Source of the DNA: an uncultured virus (IMG/VR IMGVR_UViG_3300031823_000005)
Lineage: Duplodnaviria; Heunggongvirae; Uroviricota; Caudoviricetes
Strand: one strand, 5' to 3'
DNA: 64,000 nt
IMG/VR virus record: IMGVR_UViG_3300031823_000005
Part shown: piece by piece, positions 1-8,618 of the stretch
Numbering within the stretch: position 1 is the stretch's first letter
Layout: each line of letters starts with the position of its first letter
Program-made: the position numbers and the translations under genes
Notes under the pieces: model-generated
Databases searched by the model: none
Told to the model about the DNA's origin: nothing
What the model saw: only the letters and a program-made list of their open reading frames with translations

Positions 1-25
1 TAACTTGCCTTCGATGCGGGGGACA

Positions 26-568
26 ATGGATACCACGACAACCAGTAATGCCGAAACGGTGTGCCAAGTGTCGAAGTCCATATTGGAACTCCCCTCGAAA
101 AAACCGTGGCTCACAAGAAACCAAGAAACCGTAGAACGCCGAAGAAAGAAAACAAAGATTTACAACAAGCGAGCTTACAAGCTCCATCAACAAGAAAAAG
201 CACTATTCTCAAAAATTCGGCATCGGCTCATAGAAGCAGCAAAACTCGGACAACGTTACGATCACGAAGCATGGCTAAATAAAGTTTTAGAATTTGGATG
301 GCGATGCGTTTACTGCAAAATAAAACTGAACGAGAAAACACTAACACTCGATCATATTATTCCAGTCTCGCGTGGAGGAACCTGGAACCTGGACAACCTC
401 GTACCAGCATGCAAACCATGCAATTCTTCAAAATGCGACCGACCATTAGAAGAATTTTTGGTAGACCTCGCTTGGAAGCGTGGGGATATTCAGACCTGGG
501 CAGAGTACAAAGTCGAACTTCATAAAAGACTAGAAACTCAAGCAATCCTAAAGGCACTCGATGAATAA
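26..568 (+). CDS. HNH endonuclease
   Basis: CVYC...LTLDHIIPVSRGG...NLVPACKPCNSSK HNH/McrA-type motif; start uncertain (TTG 5 or ATG 26). Confidence 0.85.
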   Translation: MDTTTTSNAETVCQVSKSILELPSKKPWLTRNQETVERRRKKTKIYNKRAYKLHQQEKALFSKIRHRLIEAAKLGQRYDHEAWLNKVLEFGWRCVYCKIKLNEKTLTLDHIIPVSRGGTWNLDNLVPACKPCNSSKCDRPLEEFLVDLAWKRGDIQTWAEYKVELHKRLETQAILKALDE

Positions 569-1040
569 AATCGAACAACTCGAAGCTCTCTACGCCACGA
601 TCCCGACAATCCCTTGCAAAAGAAAATGCGGGTTCACTAACTGCGGACCAATCCAAATGTCAAAAATAGAATTCGTTCGCATCGAAGAAAAAGTAGGGTT
701 CACGCCGACCGAAAACGAAGACTACAAAGGAACCAATCCAGCAGTCTTTAAACAATTCTCTTTTCGCAATCTCCCGTATCTCCTACCAGAAAAAATCTTC
801 ATGGAAGAGATGCAGTTCCTAACCCCATACGACCTGCAAGGAAATTGCAGGTTCCTTGTTCCTACTCTCGGCTCCTGCCGCATCTACAATCTTCGCCCTA
901 TGATCTGCCGACTCTGGGGCACCGTGAATCATCCTTACATGCGTTGCCGGTTCGGATGTGTCCCTGAACGATGGGTAACACCGGCAGAAGCTCGCCAGTA
1001 TTTTCAGAAGGTACTCGACATCCAGAAAGAAAAAGAATAA
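561..1040 (+). CDS. YkgJ-family cysteine-cluster (Fe-S/Zn) protein
   Basis: C-x3-C-x4-C near the N-terminus and CRFL...CRIYNLRPMICR motif. Confidence 0.7.
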   Translation: MNKIEQLEALYATIPTIPCKRKCGFTNCGPIQMSKIEFVRIEEKVGFTPTENEDYKGTNPAVFKQFSFRNLPYLLPEKIFMEEMQFLTPYDLQGNCRFLVPTLGSCRIYNLRPMICRLWGTVNHPYMRCRFGCVPERWVTPAEARQYFQKVLDIQKEKE

Positions 1041-1157
1041 TGCGTAAACCTGATTCATGTAGAGGTCCACACAACTACGAACGAATCAAGACCTGCATAG
1101 GAATCATCTTGCAATGCCGAAATTGTTGGAACTGGACAACAAAAGACAGGAGAAAAC

Positions 1158-1421
1158 ATGGGCGCACACGCAAACTTCGTGATCGTCGCGGACAATCACG
1201 ACCGACTGATTATCAAAGACATCGGTCCCTGGAATAAACACTTCACAATCACCAATGACGCAGAGTGGGTTGTAAAACAACTCGCGCCACAACTCAATGG
1301 CCGGCGACTCTTCTACATCGACTCTGAAAACGAGTGCGATGAAATCGTAGTAGAAAACGGAATTTTCAACGGATTTGCACCGGGACCAAGGGAGCCCAAA
1401 AATGCCACCCATCACAATTGA
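1158..1421 (+). CDS. hypothetical phage protein
   Basis: ATG preceded by AGGAG; tightly packed operon. Confidence 0.6.
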   Translation: MGAHANFVIVADNHDRLIIKDIGPWNKHFTITNDAEWVVKQLAPQLNGRRLFYIDSENECDEIVVENGIFNGFAPGPREPKNATHHN

Positions 1422-1665
1422 GACGATCCGCAAAGCAACCCGGCCAGCACCAGAAGGGTTCCTGCCAAGCACGAAGACCGTTGCAGAGGTCATTGGCATG
1501 AACTATGACGACATCGCAGACGAACTTAACGGTCTCATCGCAAAGGAAATTGGACACTTCGCCCTTCTCAGTGGCCGATTCTCTCAACTATGCGTAAGAG
1601 CTTTTCGATTCGGAATTTCAGTGGGCTACCACTACGCCCAGAAAGAGAAAAAGACCGATGCGTAA
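1402..1665 (+). CDS. hypothetical protein
   Basis: GGAG upstream of ATG 1402; overlaps the next gene. Confidence 0.5.
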   Translation: MPPITIETIRKATRPAPEGFLPSTKTVAEVIGMNYDDIADELNGLIAKEIGHFALLSGRFSQLCVRAFRFGISVGYHYAQKEKKTDA

Positions 1666-2386
1666 GGGAATGTACGGACGAAAAATCGAAGTTTACACCC
1701 ACCCTAAGTACGGCGGCAGCGTCCCGATCTACCTAAATAATATCGGAACCTTTCATGCCACCTTTGGTGAAGACGACGTTACCTTGTCAGCAGAAACCAA
1801 ATCTGAATTAATGAAACTCGTTGATGAAACCCTAAAGAACAGAACAAACCTCGAATGGTTTCCAGTAATCGAAATCGAATTCGGAACAAACTTCAGCTTC
1901 AGTCACCGTCGAGACGAAGACGAAAAAAATTCAAAATCTTCCGAAGTACAATTACTCTTTGAACGTTTCTGGATTGCTAAAAAAATCGACAAAAAATGGA
2001 TCGAAGCATCATGGAGCGTTACAAGCTATCACGAAATACACAGACCAAAAACAGAGACAGGCGACCGTCTTTCACGCTCACTCCAGTTTCGTGTTAGTGG
2101 GAAATACGACCGAAACACAGGAAGAGAAATAGACCTAACCGAATTCTCTCTTCCACACACCATCAAAGCAACCGACAGAGACGAAATGCCAAAATATTAC
2201 GTTCCTTACACCGAAGAACTATGGCTCGCTCTGAACAACATCACTAACCGAATGGAAGAGCTCCAAAAGAAAATCATCGACGTCCTAAAAACTCCTGAAT
2301 CACGCGCGAACCTCATCGCCAACGTATCAAAGCTTTTACCTGCACCTAAACCAGAACCGAAAGGGAAAAACAGTGGGAAACTCTAA
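1658..2386 (+). CDS. hypothetical protein
   Basis: 242-aa ORF in a packed operon. Confidence 0.65.
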   Translation: MRKGMYGRKIEVYTHPKYGGSVPIYLNNIGTFHATFGEDDVTLSAETKSELMKLVDETLKNRTNLEWFPVIEIEFGTNFSFSHRRDEDEKNSKSSEVQLLFERFWIAKKIDKKWIEASWSVTSYHEIHRPKTETGDRLSRSLQFRVSGKYDRNTGREIDLTEFSLPHTIKATDRDEMPKYYVPYTEELWLALNNITNRMEELQKKIIDVLKTPESRANLIANVSKLLPAPKPEPKGKNSGKL

Positions 2387-2699
2387 ACCAGAAGAAATGC
2401 CGGCACACATGCTTGATCCAGCCATGAAGAAGAAAGACTTTGTTTGCAAACTCTGTGGAGAGTCTCGAACCCACGGAGGATGGGAGGACACCGAAGTACG
2501 CTTCACAGAAAACTCCGATGTTGTCCACCTGGGCTGCCTGACTAGCTACAGTCAGACTCTCACCACACAAGCAAAACTCGCGCTGGAAAACCTGAAATCC
2601 GGAATCCAAAGTCTTGAAAACTGTGACCTAACCAGCACCGCAATGAAAAGTTTTCAAGACGCCCTAAACAATCTAAAAACGGGGCTCCACTGTGACTGA
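2373..2699 (+). CDS. hypothetical protein, possible Zn-binding
   Basis: CKLC...HLGC motif; start uncertain. Confidence 0.5.
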   Translation: MGNSKPEEMPAHMLDPAMKKKDFVCKLCGESRTHGGWEDTEVRFTENSDVVHLGCLTSYSQTLTTQAKLALENLKSGIQSLENCDLTSTAMKSFQDALNNLKTGLHCD

Positions 2700-2802
2700 T
2701 CCAATCACAACAGGAATACTCACAATCGGATGGTTTGGAACGATGTTGGTGTTTGTCTTTGCACCAAAACTCAGAAGTAAACTCAAAAGGAGGAAACAAT
2801 AA

Positions 2803-3735
2803 ATGGGGAGCGGTCGTTTCGACAACGTATCATACACATCAGCACGCAACACCAGGGCGAGTAAAGGAGAAGATGATTTTCAATACTCCAAAACCTCAAC
2901 CATAGGCACAGGCGTTCACTCCAACCTCAATCCACGCCGGATCAAAACAAAACCGTTCAAGAAACTCGAAAGCCGGGACAGCGCCGAGCATCCAAAATCA
3001 AACGCCGTCTTCGTCTCCATCGACGTAACCGGATCGAACATTTCACGCGCACAGGAAGTCCAGAAAAAACTTCCCAACCTGATGGAAATGCTTCAGTCCT
3101 ACCTGAGCGATCCTCAACTTCTCATCGCCGCAAACGATGACTTTAACGTTGAAGGACGCCGATCAATCCAAATCTCTGACTTCGAGTCAGACAACCGGAT
3201 TGACGATCACATTCGAAATATCCTGCTCACCAGCAACGGCGGCGGGAACGACGGAGAGTCTTACGATCTGATTCTCTTGGCGGCAGCACACATGACCGTG
3301 CTCGATTGCCTGGAGAAACGCGGTCGAAAAGGCTACTTCTTCATGTACGCCGACGAACCAATTTTCTCCCATGTCAAAGCCGATGAAGTACGAGAAATTT
3401 TTGACATCGACACCGAGGGGCGCCTACCAGTCAGCGCCGTAATCGAAAAACTCAAAGAGCAGTACCACGTCTTTGTGATCTGGCCAATGGGCGGCTATCG
3501 ACACGCCCGCGAACAGTACGAACACCTATTTGGAAAAGAATGTGTTGTGCAACTCCAACAGCCGATACTTTTCTGCGAACTCATTGGTTCGCTCATCGGA
3601 ATCACCGAAAAGAAACTGAAGCCAACCAACGTCGTCAAAGATCTGGTCAAGGTTGGAACCAGTTCAAATGATGCCGACGAGGTTCTCAACGCGATCACTC
3701 CATACCTCAAACACCGGGAGGCTACCGGAGCGTGA
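2803..3735 (+). CDS. VWA-like (MIDAS) domain protein
   Basis: DVTGS MIDAS-like motif, GGGNDGESY motif, F-x-YADE; strong AGGAGG RBS. Confidence 0.7.
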   Translation: MGSGRFDNVSYTSARNTRASKGEDDFQYSKTSTIGTGVHSNLNPRRIKTKPFKKLESRDSAEHPKSNAVFVSIDVTGSNISRAQEVQKKLPNLMEMLQSYLSDPQLLIAANDDFNVEGRRSIQISDFESDNRIDDHIRNILLTSNGGGNDGESYDLILLAAAHMTVLDCLEKRGRKGYFFMYADEPIFSHVKADEVREIFDIDTEGRLPVSAVIEKLKEQYHVFVIWPMGGYRHAREQYEHLFGKECVVQLQQPILFCELIGSLIGITEKKLKPTNVVKDLVKVGTSSNDADEVLNAITPYLKHREATGA

Positions 3736-4892
3736 GAACAGCGCACATAGTGGCCGGCTTAGCGTATGGCGACGAAGGAAAAGGATCGACAGTAGATTTC
3801 TTAGTCCGCCAACGTCAGGCCGGCCTCGTTGTCCGTTACAACGGCGGAAGTCAGGCAGGACACAATGTTGTCCTGTCTGACGGCCGTCACCACTGTTTTG
3901 CTCAATTCGGCAGCGGGACATTCGTCCCTGGAGTCCGAACGCACCTCTCACGATTCATGCTGGTCAACCCTCTGAACATGAAATTGGAATATGAAGCCCT
4001 AAAAAACAATGGGATTTACGATGCTTACAATCGTCTTTCGATCGACGGCAAATGCCTGATCGTCACACCCTTCCACCGCGCCATCAACCGAATGATCGAA
4101 CAATTCCGCGGTAACGCTCACCACGGTAGTTGCGGCCAAGGGATAGGACAATGCCGTTTTGAACACCTGAAACACGGAGAGAAAGTTCTATTCGCTGAGG
4201 ACCTACTTGACGAAACCAAAACAAAAACAAAACTGAAATTTATCCTTTCGGAGATGAAAAAGACCTCTGACTTCATCACCAAGACAAACCCATTCATCCC
4301 GAAAGACGAATTTATCGAAGCCGGCAATGCCGCCATTGATCTCATCTGGAGCTTGTATAACGAATGGCCAGCCAAGATCGTGAAACCTACCCACCTCCAA
4401 TACCTCCTCAACCAAACAAACGATACAGTCTTCGAGGGAGCCCAAGGCGTCTTACTGGACGAACATCACGGATCGGCCCCTCACAACACCTGGACAAATA
4501 CCACTTTCGAAAACGCTTTAACTCTCCTCGGAGAGAACAATTTCGAAGGCGATATCCATAAAATTGGCGTGCTCCGAACTTACTTCACACGCCACGGCGC
4601 CGGCCCATTCAAAACAGAAGACGAATCTCTCAAACCTCTCCTCCCAGAGCCACACAACGACGATATTGGCTTTCAGGGAACCTTCCGCGTGGGATACATG
4701 GACTACACCGCCGTCAACTACGCTATAAAGGTCTGTAAGGGCGTCGACGGAATCGCGTTAAACCACCTCGACATCGTTGGAGCAACTGCCCAGGGGCGCA
4801 ACGTGAAGAAGATCGAGACCATCACCAACACCCCGGTTTGGATCGAAGGGTACGGTCCTACCGCCAACGATCGCCATTGGAGGAAGAAGTGA
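3732..4892 (+). CDS. purA: adenylosuccinate synthetase-like protein (divergent PurA family)
   Basis: GDEGKG, RYNGGSQAGH, FEGAQG and TRHGAGPF motifs; GTGA overlap with the VWA gene. Confidence 0.85.
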   Translation: MRTAHIVAGLAYGDEGKGSTVDFLVRQRQAGLVVRYNGGSQAGHNVVLSDGRHHCFAQFGSGTFVPGVRTHLSRFMLVNPLNMKLEYEALKNNGIYDAYNRLSIDGKCLIVTPFHRAINRMIEQFRGNAHHGSCGQGIGQCRFEHLKHGEKVLFAEDLLDETKTKTKLKFILSEMKKTSDFITKTNPFIPKDEFIEAGNAAIDLIWSLYNEWPAKIVKPTHLQYLLNQTNDTVFEGAQGVLLDEHHGSAPHNTWTNTTFENALTLLGENNFEGDIHKIGVLRTYFTRHGAGPFKTEDESLKPLLPEPHNDDIGFQGTFRVGYMDYTAVNYAIKVCKGVDGIALNHLDIVGATAQGRNVKKIETITNTPVWIEGYGPTANDRHWRKK

Positions 4893-5099
4893 AAATCAAG
4901 ATCGCAATTCTCCTCTCTTGCGCTTTCCTGTTCGGTATCAGCGGCGGAGCAGACGGCTGCTACAAAGAAAAACTCCATCGGGAACTGATTAAAAAACACT
5001 GGAAAGAATTGGAAAAGCAACTGTCACACCAAGAGATTTTCGATCCCACCAAAGAGATCATTAAGCACGCCTAAATAACACCTTCCCAATTGGGACGAT

Positions 5100-5131
5100 A
5101 GGGCCGGTTTTTATACCGGCCCTTCTCTTTT
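5100..5131 (+). terminator. intrinsic terminator
   Basis: GGGCCGGT-TTTTAT-ACCGGCCC hairpin followed by TTCTCTTTT. Confidence 0.75.
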
Positions 5132-5146
5132 GCATTGATAACCCGC

Positions 5147-5183
5147 TTGACAAATCTTAACTGCAAGCGATACGCTTGCTGTT
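5147..5183 (+). promoter_or_regulatory. sigma70-type promoter with overlapping palindromic operator
   Basis: TTGACA (5147)-18 nt-TACGCT (5171); inverted repeat GCAAGCG-ATA-CGCTTGC at 5163-5179. Confidence 0.6.
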
Positions 5184-5280
5184 GAAAACGCGGGAGTGAA
5201 GCCGGCACTGGTAACTGTCCACTAATAGCCACCGGGATTAAGTTCAATATGGATGCCCGCGATAAACCAAAGGAGGCTTC

Positions 5281-5631
5281 ATGGATATTGGATCACGACT
5301 GAGGCAACTCAGGGAAATGAAGAAGTTTTCCCAAGGGGAGGTTGAAAAACGAACCGGGCTCTTGCGTTGCTACACCTCGCGCGTAGAGAACGGACATACC
5401 ATCCCCGCGCTGGAAACCCTTCAGAAATACGCCAACGCCTTCGAAGTCCAGTTGTATCAACTCTTCATCGAAGACGGCGCCAAGGCCCAACCACTCATTC
5501 CACCTAACCCGAAGACACCACTCTCCAAACATCAACTGAACGTTCTGAAACAAATCGCCAGCTTCTTGCCAAAACTGGATGATCGCAGTATTAAACTCCT
5601 GCTTTCCACGGCAAAACAGATGACGAAGTAA
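5281..5631 (+). CDS. XRE-family HTH transcriptional regulator
   Basis: RLRQLRE..KFSQGEVEKRTGLLRCYTSRVENGHTIP HTH_3 signature; AGGAGG RBS. Confidence 0.9.
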   Translation: MDIGSRLRQLREMKKFSQGEVEKRTGLLRCYTSRVENGHTIPALETLQKYANAFEVQLYQLFIEDGAKAQPLIPPNPKTPLSKHQLNVLKQIASFLPKLDDRSIKLLLSTAKQMTK

Positions 5632-5667
5632 CCGGGCCAAATCCAAAACAAAGCGAGAAAAAAAAGA

Positions 5668-5919
5668 ATGTCACAAAAAGATATCGTTTCAACGTCAGAC
5701 ATGATGCGAGCCTTGGAAGATGAAATCGAACTCGTCAAAAGCGGAAAGATCACAGAAGCCGTAGGACGAGTCGTTTTCCGTGGCCGCGCACTTCAGATTC
5801 AAACCGCTTCCCTAAACCTCCAGTACAAACGGATGCTCCAGGGGAAGAAGCCAACCCAGGAAATGAAATTCATCGAAAACAAAGAACCGGACAAACCGGA
5901 AGAACCGAAAAAAGACTGA
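5668..5919 (+). CDS. small hypothetical protein directly upstream of array 1
   Basis: 83-aa ORF; its TGA stop abuts the first GCGGC of the array. Confidence 0.6.
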   Translation: MSQKDIVSTSDMMRALEDEIELVKSGKITEAVGRVVFRGRALQIQTASLNLQYKRMLQGKKPTQEMKFIENKEPDKPEEPKKD

Positions 5920-6673
5920 GCGGCGAACCACTACATGATCGGATTCGATTTGATAAGGTGACACAAAATGAAGCGGCGAGACGGTTCACAACAAAACAAA
6001 ACGACGCGGCTCAACTTGTCCCTTTTATCTCTCGACAATCCACGATCCAGCGGCGGCACATGCACAGGACAACACTCAGACGACGCGCGACAAGGCGGCG
6101 GCACATGCACAAGACAACGCGCGATGTGATGCGACAACGCCGCGACTTGACGCGGCGGCAAGACAGCGCAACACAGCTTCTTACTAAGCGGCGGGACTAT
6201 TCTTTACTGGATATGACTAGGCGGCAAGACAGAACAAAGCCGTGTGCAACGGGGCGGCGATCCGGAGCACCATCAACCGATACGAGACCACACAGAGCGG
6301 CCCGACATATTTCGACAGGACTATACGGCACATCACAGGACTAGGCGGCAAGACAACGTGGGACTGGACCAAACACAACTCGACTGGACGCAGCGGCATG
6401 ATTCGACCGCCACACGAACGCGATTGCACTCGGCGCAGCGGCATGACCGGGCGAGGTGACACCTTACGGTACGGCACGAGACTACGCGGCAAGCCCAGAC
6501 ACTACGTAGCGGCTCGACCTCTCAGATCAAGACCGTTTTTGACCTGACAGGGCGGCATAACCTGATAGCACTTGATCTCTACAGGGCGGCGGGATTAGTC
6601 CAATCATGCACCCTAGCGGCAGGCCCAGACGCTACTTAACATCACATCACCAGACTTAGCGGCAAAACTGAAC
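5920..6673 (+). repeat. pentamer-module array 1 (putative guide-RNA array): 19 GCGGC delimiters separating runs of NN-(G/C/A/T)AY pentamers
   Basis: GCGGC at 5920, 5973, 6006, 6050, 6095, 6155, 6188, 6221, 6254, 6297, 6345, 6393, 6438, 6486, 6509, 6552, 6586, 6616, 6659; 12 of 18 spacings are 5n+3; example GCGGC-AAGAC-AACGT-GGGAC-TGGAC-CAAAC-ACAAC-TCGAC-TGGAC-GCA-GCGGC. Confidence 0.9.
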
Positions 6674-6719
6674 ACATGAAGTAGAAATAAAAATCTAAAA
6701 AGAAAAGAGAACAAAAACC

Positions 6720-7577
6720 ATGGCTGTAAAAGAATTAAAGTTTCAGGACCTACGAAGTATTTATGATTCAATGACCTCAAGTATTCGTTGCGACTGTGTT
6801 GTTTCCACTAAACTTGTCGGTGGACTCCCCGCAGATCGTAAAGCTCTCACCGCTTTTGCAGAGCACCATTTAAAAATCACTGATCCAATTGAACGAGAAG
6901 CCGCTGTAAATCGAATCCTCCGCGAAGAAATTGGCGAAAAAGACGTCACTCCGGAAACCGGTGAAATTAAAGAAAAAACGGTTTATGGAGTCAACGTAGT
7001 GCGGCATGACGAACATGGCCGACCATTTCTAGGAAATTGGATGGTGAAAGCATGTTTAAAACAAGCAGCCAGCCGCGTTGGGCTCTTCACCGAAACCAGA
7101 GGCACCAAGGGAAACATGAGCGAAGCCGGCAGCGTAAGCGCGATCGGCCAGAGCCTCCTCGATCCGGAGCACCCGGAAATCATCTACCTCATCAACAAAG
7201 ACGGATCCGGACCTGCCAAGACCTACTTTGAAGAATTTATGGGGCGGGTTCAAAGTCCGCAAGGACCTGTCTCAATCATCCACCACTCGGAATGCGTGGA
7301 ACCGGGCTCGAGATTTTCTTTCGAGTTTCAGTTTCTCCGCGGAGGGCTGGATGAAGATGCCATCGAGAAAACCGCAGCCATGGCCATGATTTGTGGACTC
7401 GGAAGTATTCGATCGTTGGAGTGTGGCAAGTTTCGTATCGAACGTTGTGTTGTCGATCTAAAGGAAAAAGCGAAGAAGCCTGAAAAACCACCAAAGGAAA
7501 AGAAGGACGCCGCTAAAACAGAGGCTCCTCCTATGACCCCTGGTGAAAACATGCAAGCTTCGCCTATTCGTCACTGA
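6720..7577 (+). CDS. solitary RAMP / Cas7-like RNA-binding protein
   Basis: RAMP hallmarks: N-terminal strand plus LVGGLP, GRPFLGNWMVKACLKQAA (equivalent to G.P.I.GS.lKG.lR), ECVEPGSRFSFEF, C-terminal Gly-rich loop CGLGSIRSLECGKF. Confidence 0.8.
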   Translation: MAVKELKFQDLRSIYDSMTSSIRCDCVVSTKLVGGLPADRKALTAFAEHHLKITDPIEREAAVNRILREEIGEKDVTPETGEIKEKTVYGVNVVRHDEHGRPFLGNWMVKACLKQAASRVGLFTETRGTKGNMSEAGSVSAIGQSLLDPEHPEIIYLINKDGSGPAKTYFEEFMGRVQSPQGPVSIIHHSECVEPGSRFSFEFQFLRGGLDEDAIEKTAAMAMICGLGSIRSLECGKFRIERCVVDLKEKAKKPEKPPKEKKDAAKTEAPPMTPGENMQASPIRH

Positions 7578-8612
7578 GCGGCGAAACACTGCGCGATATT
7601 CACAAAAACACGACGTAGCGGCTTGACTTGACTTGCTTGTACTGAACGACACAAAACAAAACGATTACAAAGCGGCATGACTCGATCAATTCCGTTACGA
7701 CATCACTGCAACCGGACATAGCGGCTGGCCCACACTACACCCGGCATAGACAGGGTACGACTTAGCGGCACGGCTGAACAAAATTAAATTAGACGCGATC
7801 CCACATGGCGGCATAACTAGACAGGATCGTATCGAACACTATTCAGCGGCCCCATATGACCCGCTTACGATTCGGCATGACAAGACGGAGCGGCTTGACA
7901 CAACGGGACTTTACTTGGCGGCAAAACCTCACCTCACAGAGCCTCGCAAAATGGAGCGGCACGATTTGATTTCGCGTCGCGAGATTTGACAGTACGGGAC
8001 TCAGCGGCAACACATCACAAGATGACCATCAGACGAGACCAGACAAGGCGGCGTGACATCACGCGACTACTTGCGACTAGACGTAGCGGCTGGACTGGAC
8101 GAATCTTCTTCAGACGCGACAAACACCGAGCGGCTGCACATGGCACGGCAGGATTGGATCCGATAACACTCGATTGAGCGGCACAGTTCAATCAAACTGA
8201 ACAGAACAGAGCGGCGCAATCAGATTGGACCAAATCTGAACGGAGCGGCAGAATGTAGCCCCACAAGTCCCCACGAAGCGGCATAACTCAATGAAACGTA
8301 GCGGCATGACGAAATGAAACCTGACGTGGAAAAACTAATACATTGCGGCATGACGCGGTTCAGTACCTTGAAACTCAATCTAACGTGGCGGCGTAACAAG
8401 ACGGGACATAACATGATCGAGCGGCGGGACTGGTCGTAACTGCACACCGTCAGAGCGGCGGGACTGAAACGTGATTGGACACCGCTGCACGCTGCGGCGA
8501 GATCAGACGGGACATAACTTAACCGAATTCAGCGGCACGACTCCATTTGTCAGTACGGCACTTGGCGTAACTTAACGTGGCGGCAAAAAGAAACTAGACG
8601 CAGCGGCAAGAC
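7578..8612 (+). repeat. pentamer-module array 2 (putative guide-RNA array): 27 GCGGC delimiters
   Basis: GCGGC at 7578, 7618, 7672, 7721, 7765, 7808, 7846, 7890, 7918, 7956, 8004, 8048, 8086, 8130, 8178, 8211, 8245, 8278, 8301, 8345, 8388, 8421, 8455, 8494, 8532, 8580, 8603; 15 of 26 spacings are 5n+3 and 10 are 5n+4. Confidence 0.9.
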
Positions 8613-8618
8613 GGAGCC

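Noticed and set aside
3732..4892. PurZ / Z-genome pathway
   Set aside because: It retains GDEGKG (Asp) rather than the Ser variant, and no DatZ- or MazZ-like neighbours were recognised.
5931..6547. ORFs overlapping array 1 (5958-6344, 6242-6547, 6244-6459, 5931-6161, 6217-6492)
   Set aside because: Their R/T/D/H-rich translations are a by-product of the 5-nt periodicity; there is no clear RBS, and the delimiter spacings do not preserve frame.
7986..8447. ORFs overlapping array 2
   Set aside because: Same artefact of the pentamer repeat.
5920..8612. Canonical CRISPR array
   Set aside because: The constant element is only 5-6 nt, unit lengths vary in steps of about 5, the 'spacers' are internally periodic, and no cas1/cas2 is present.
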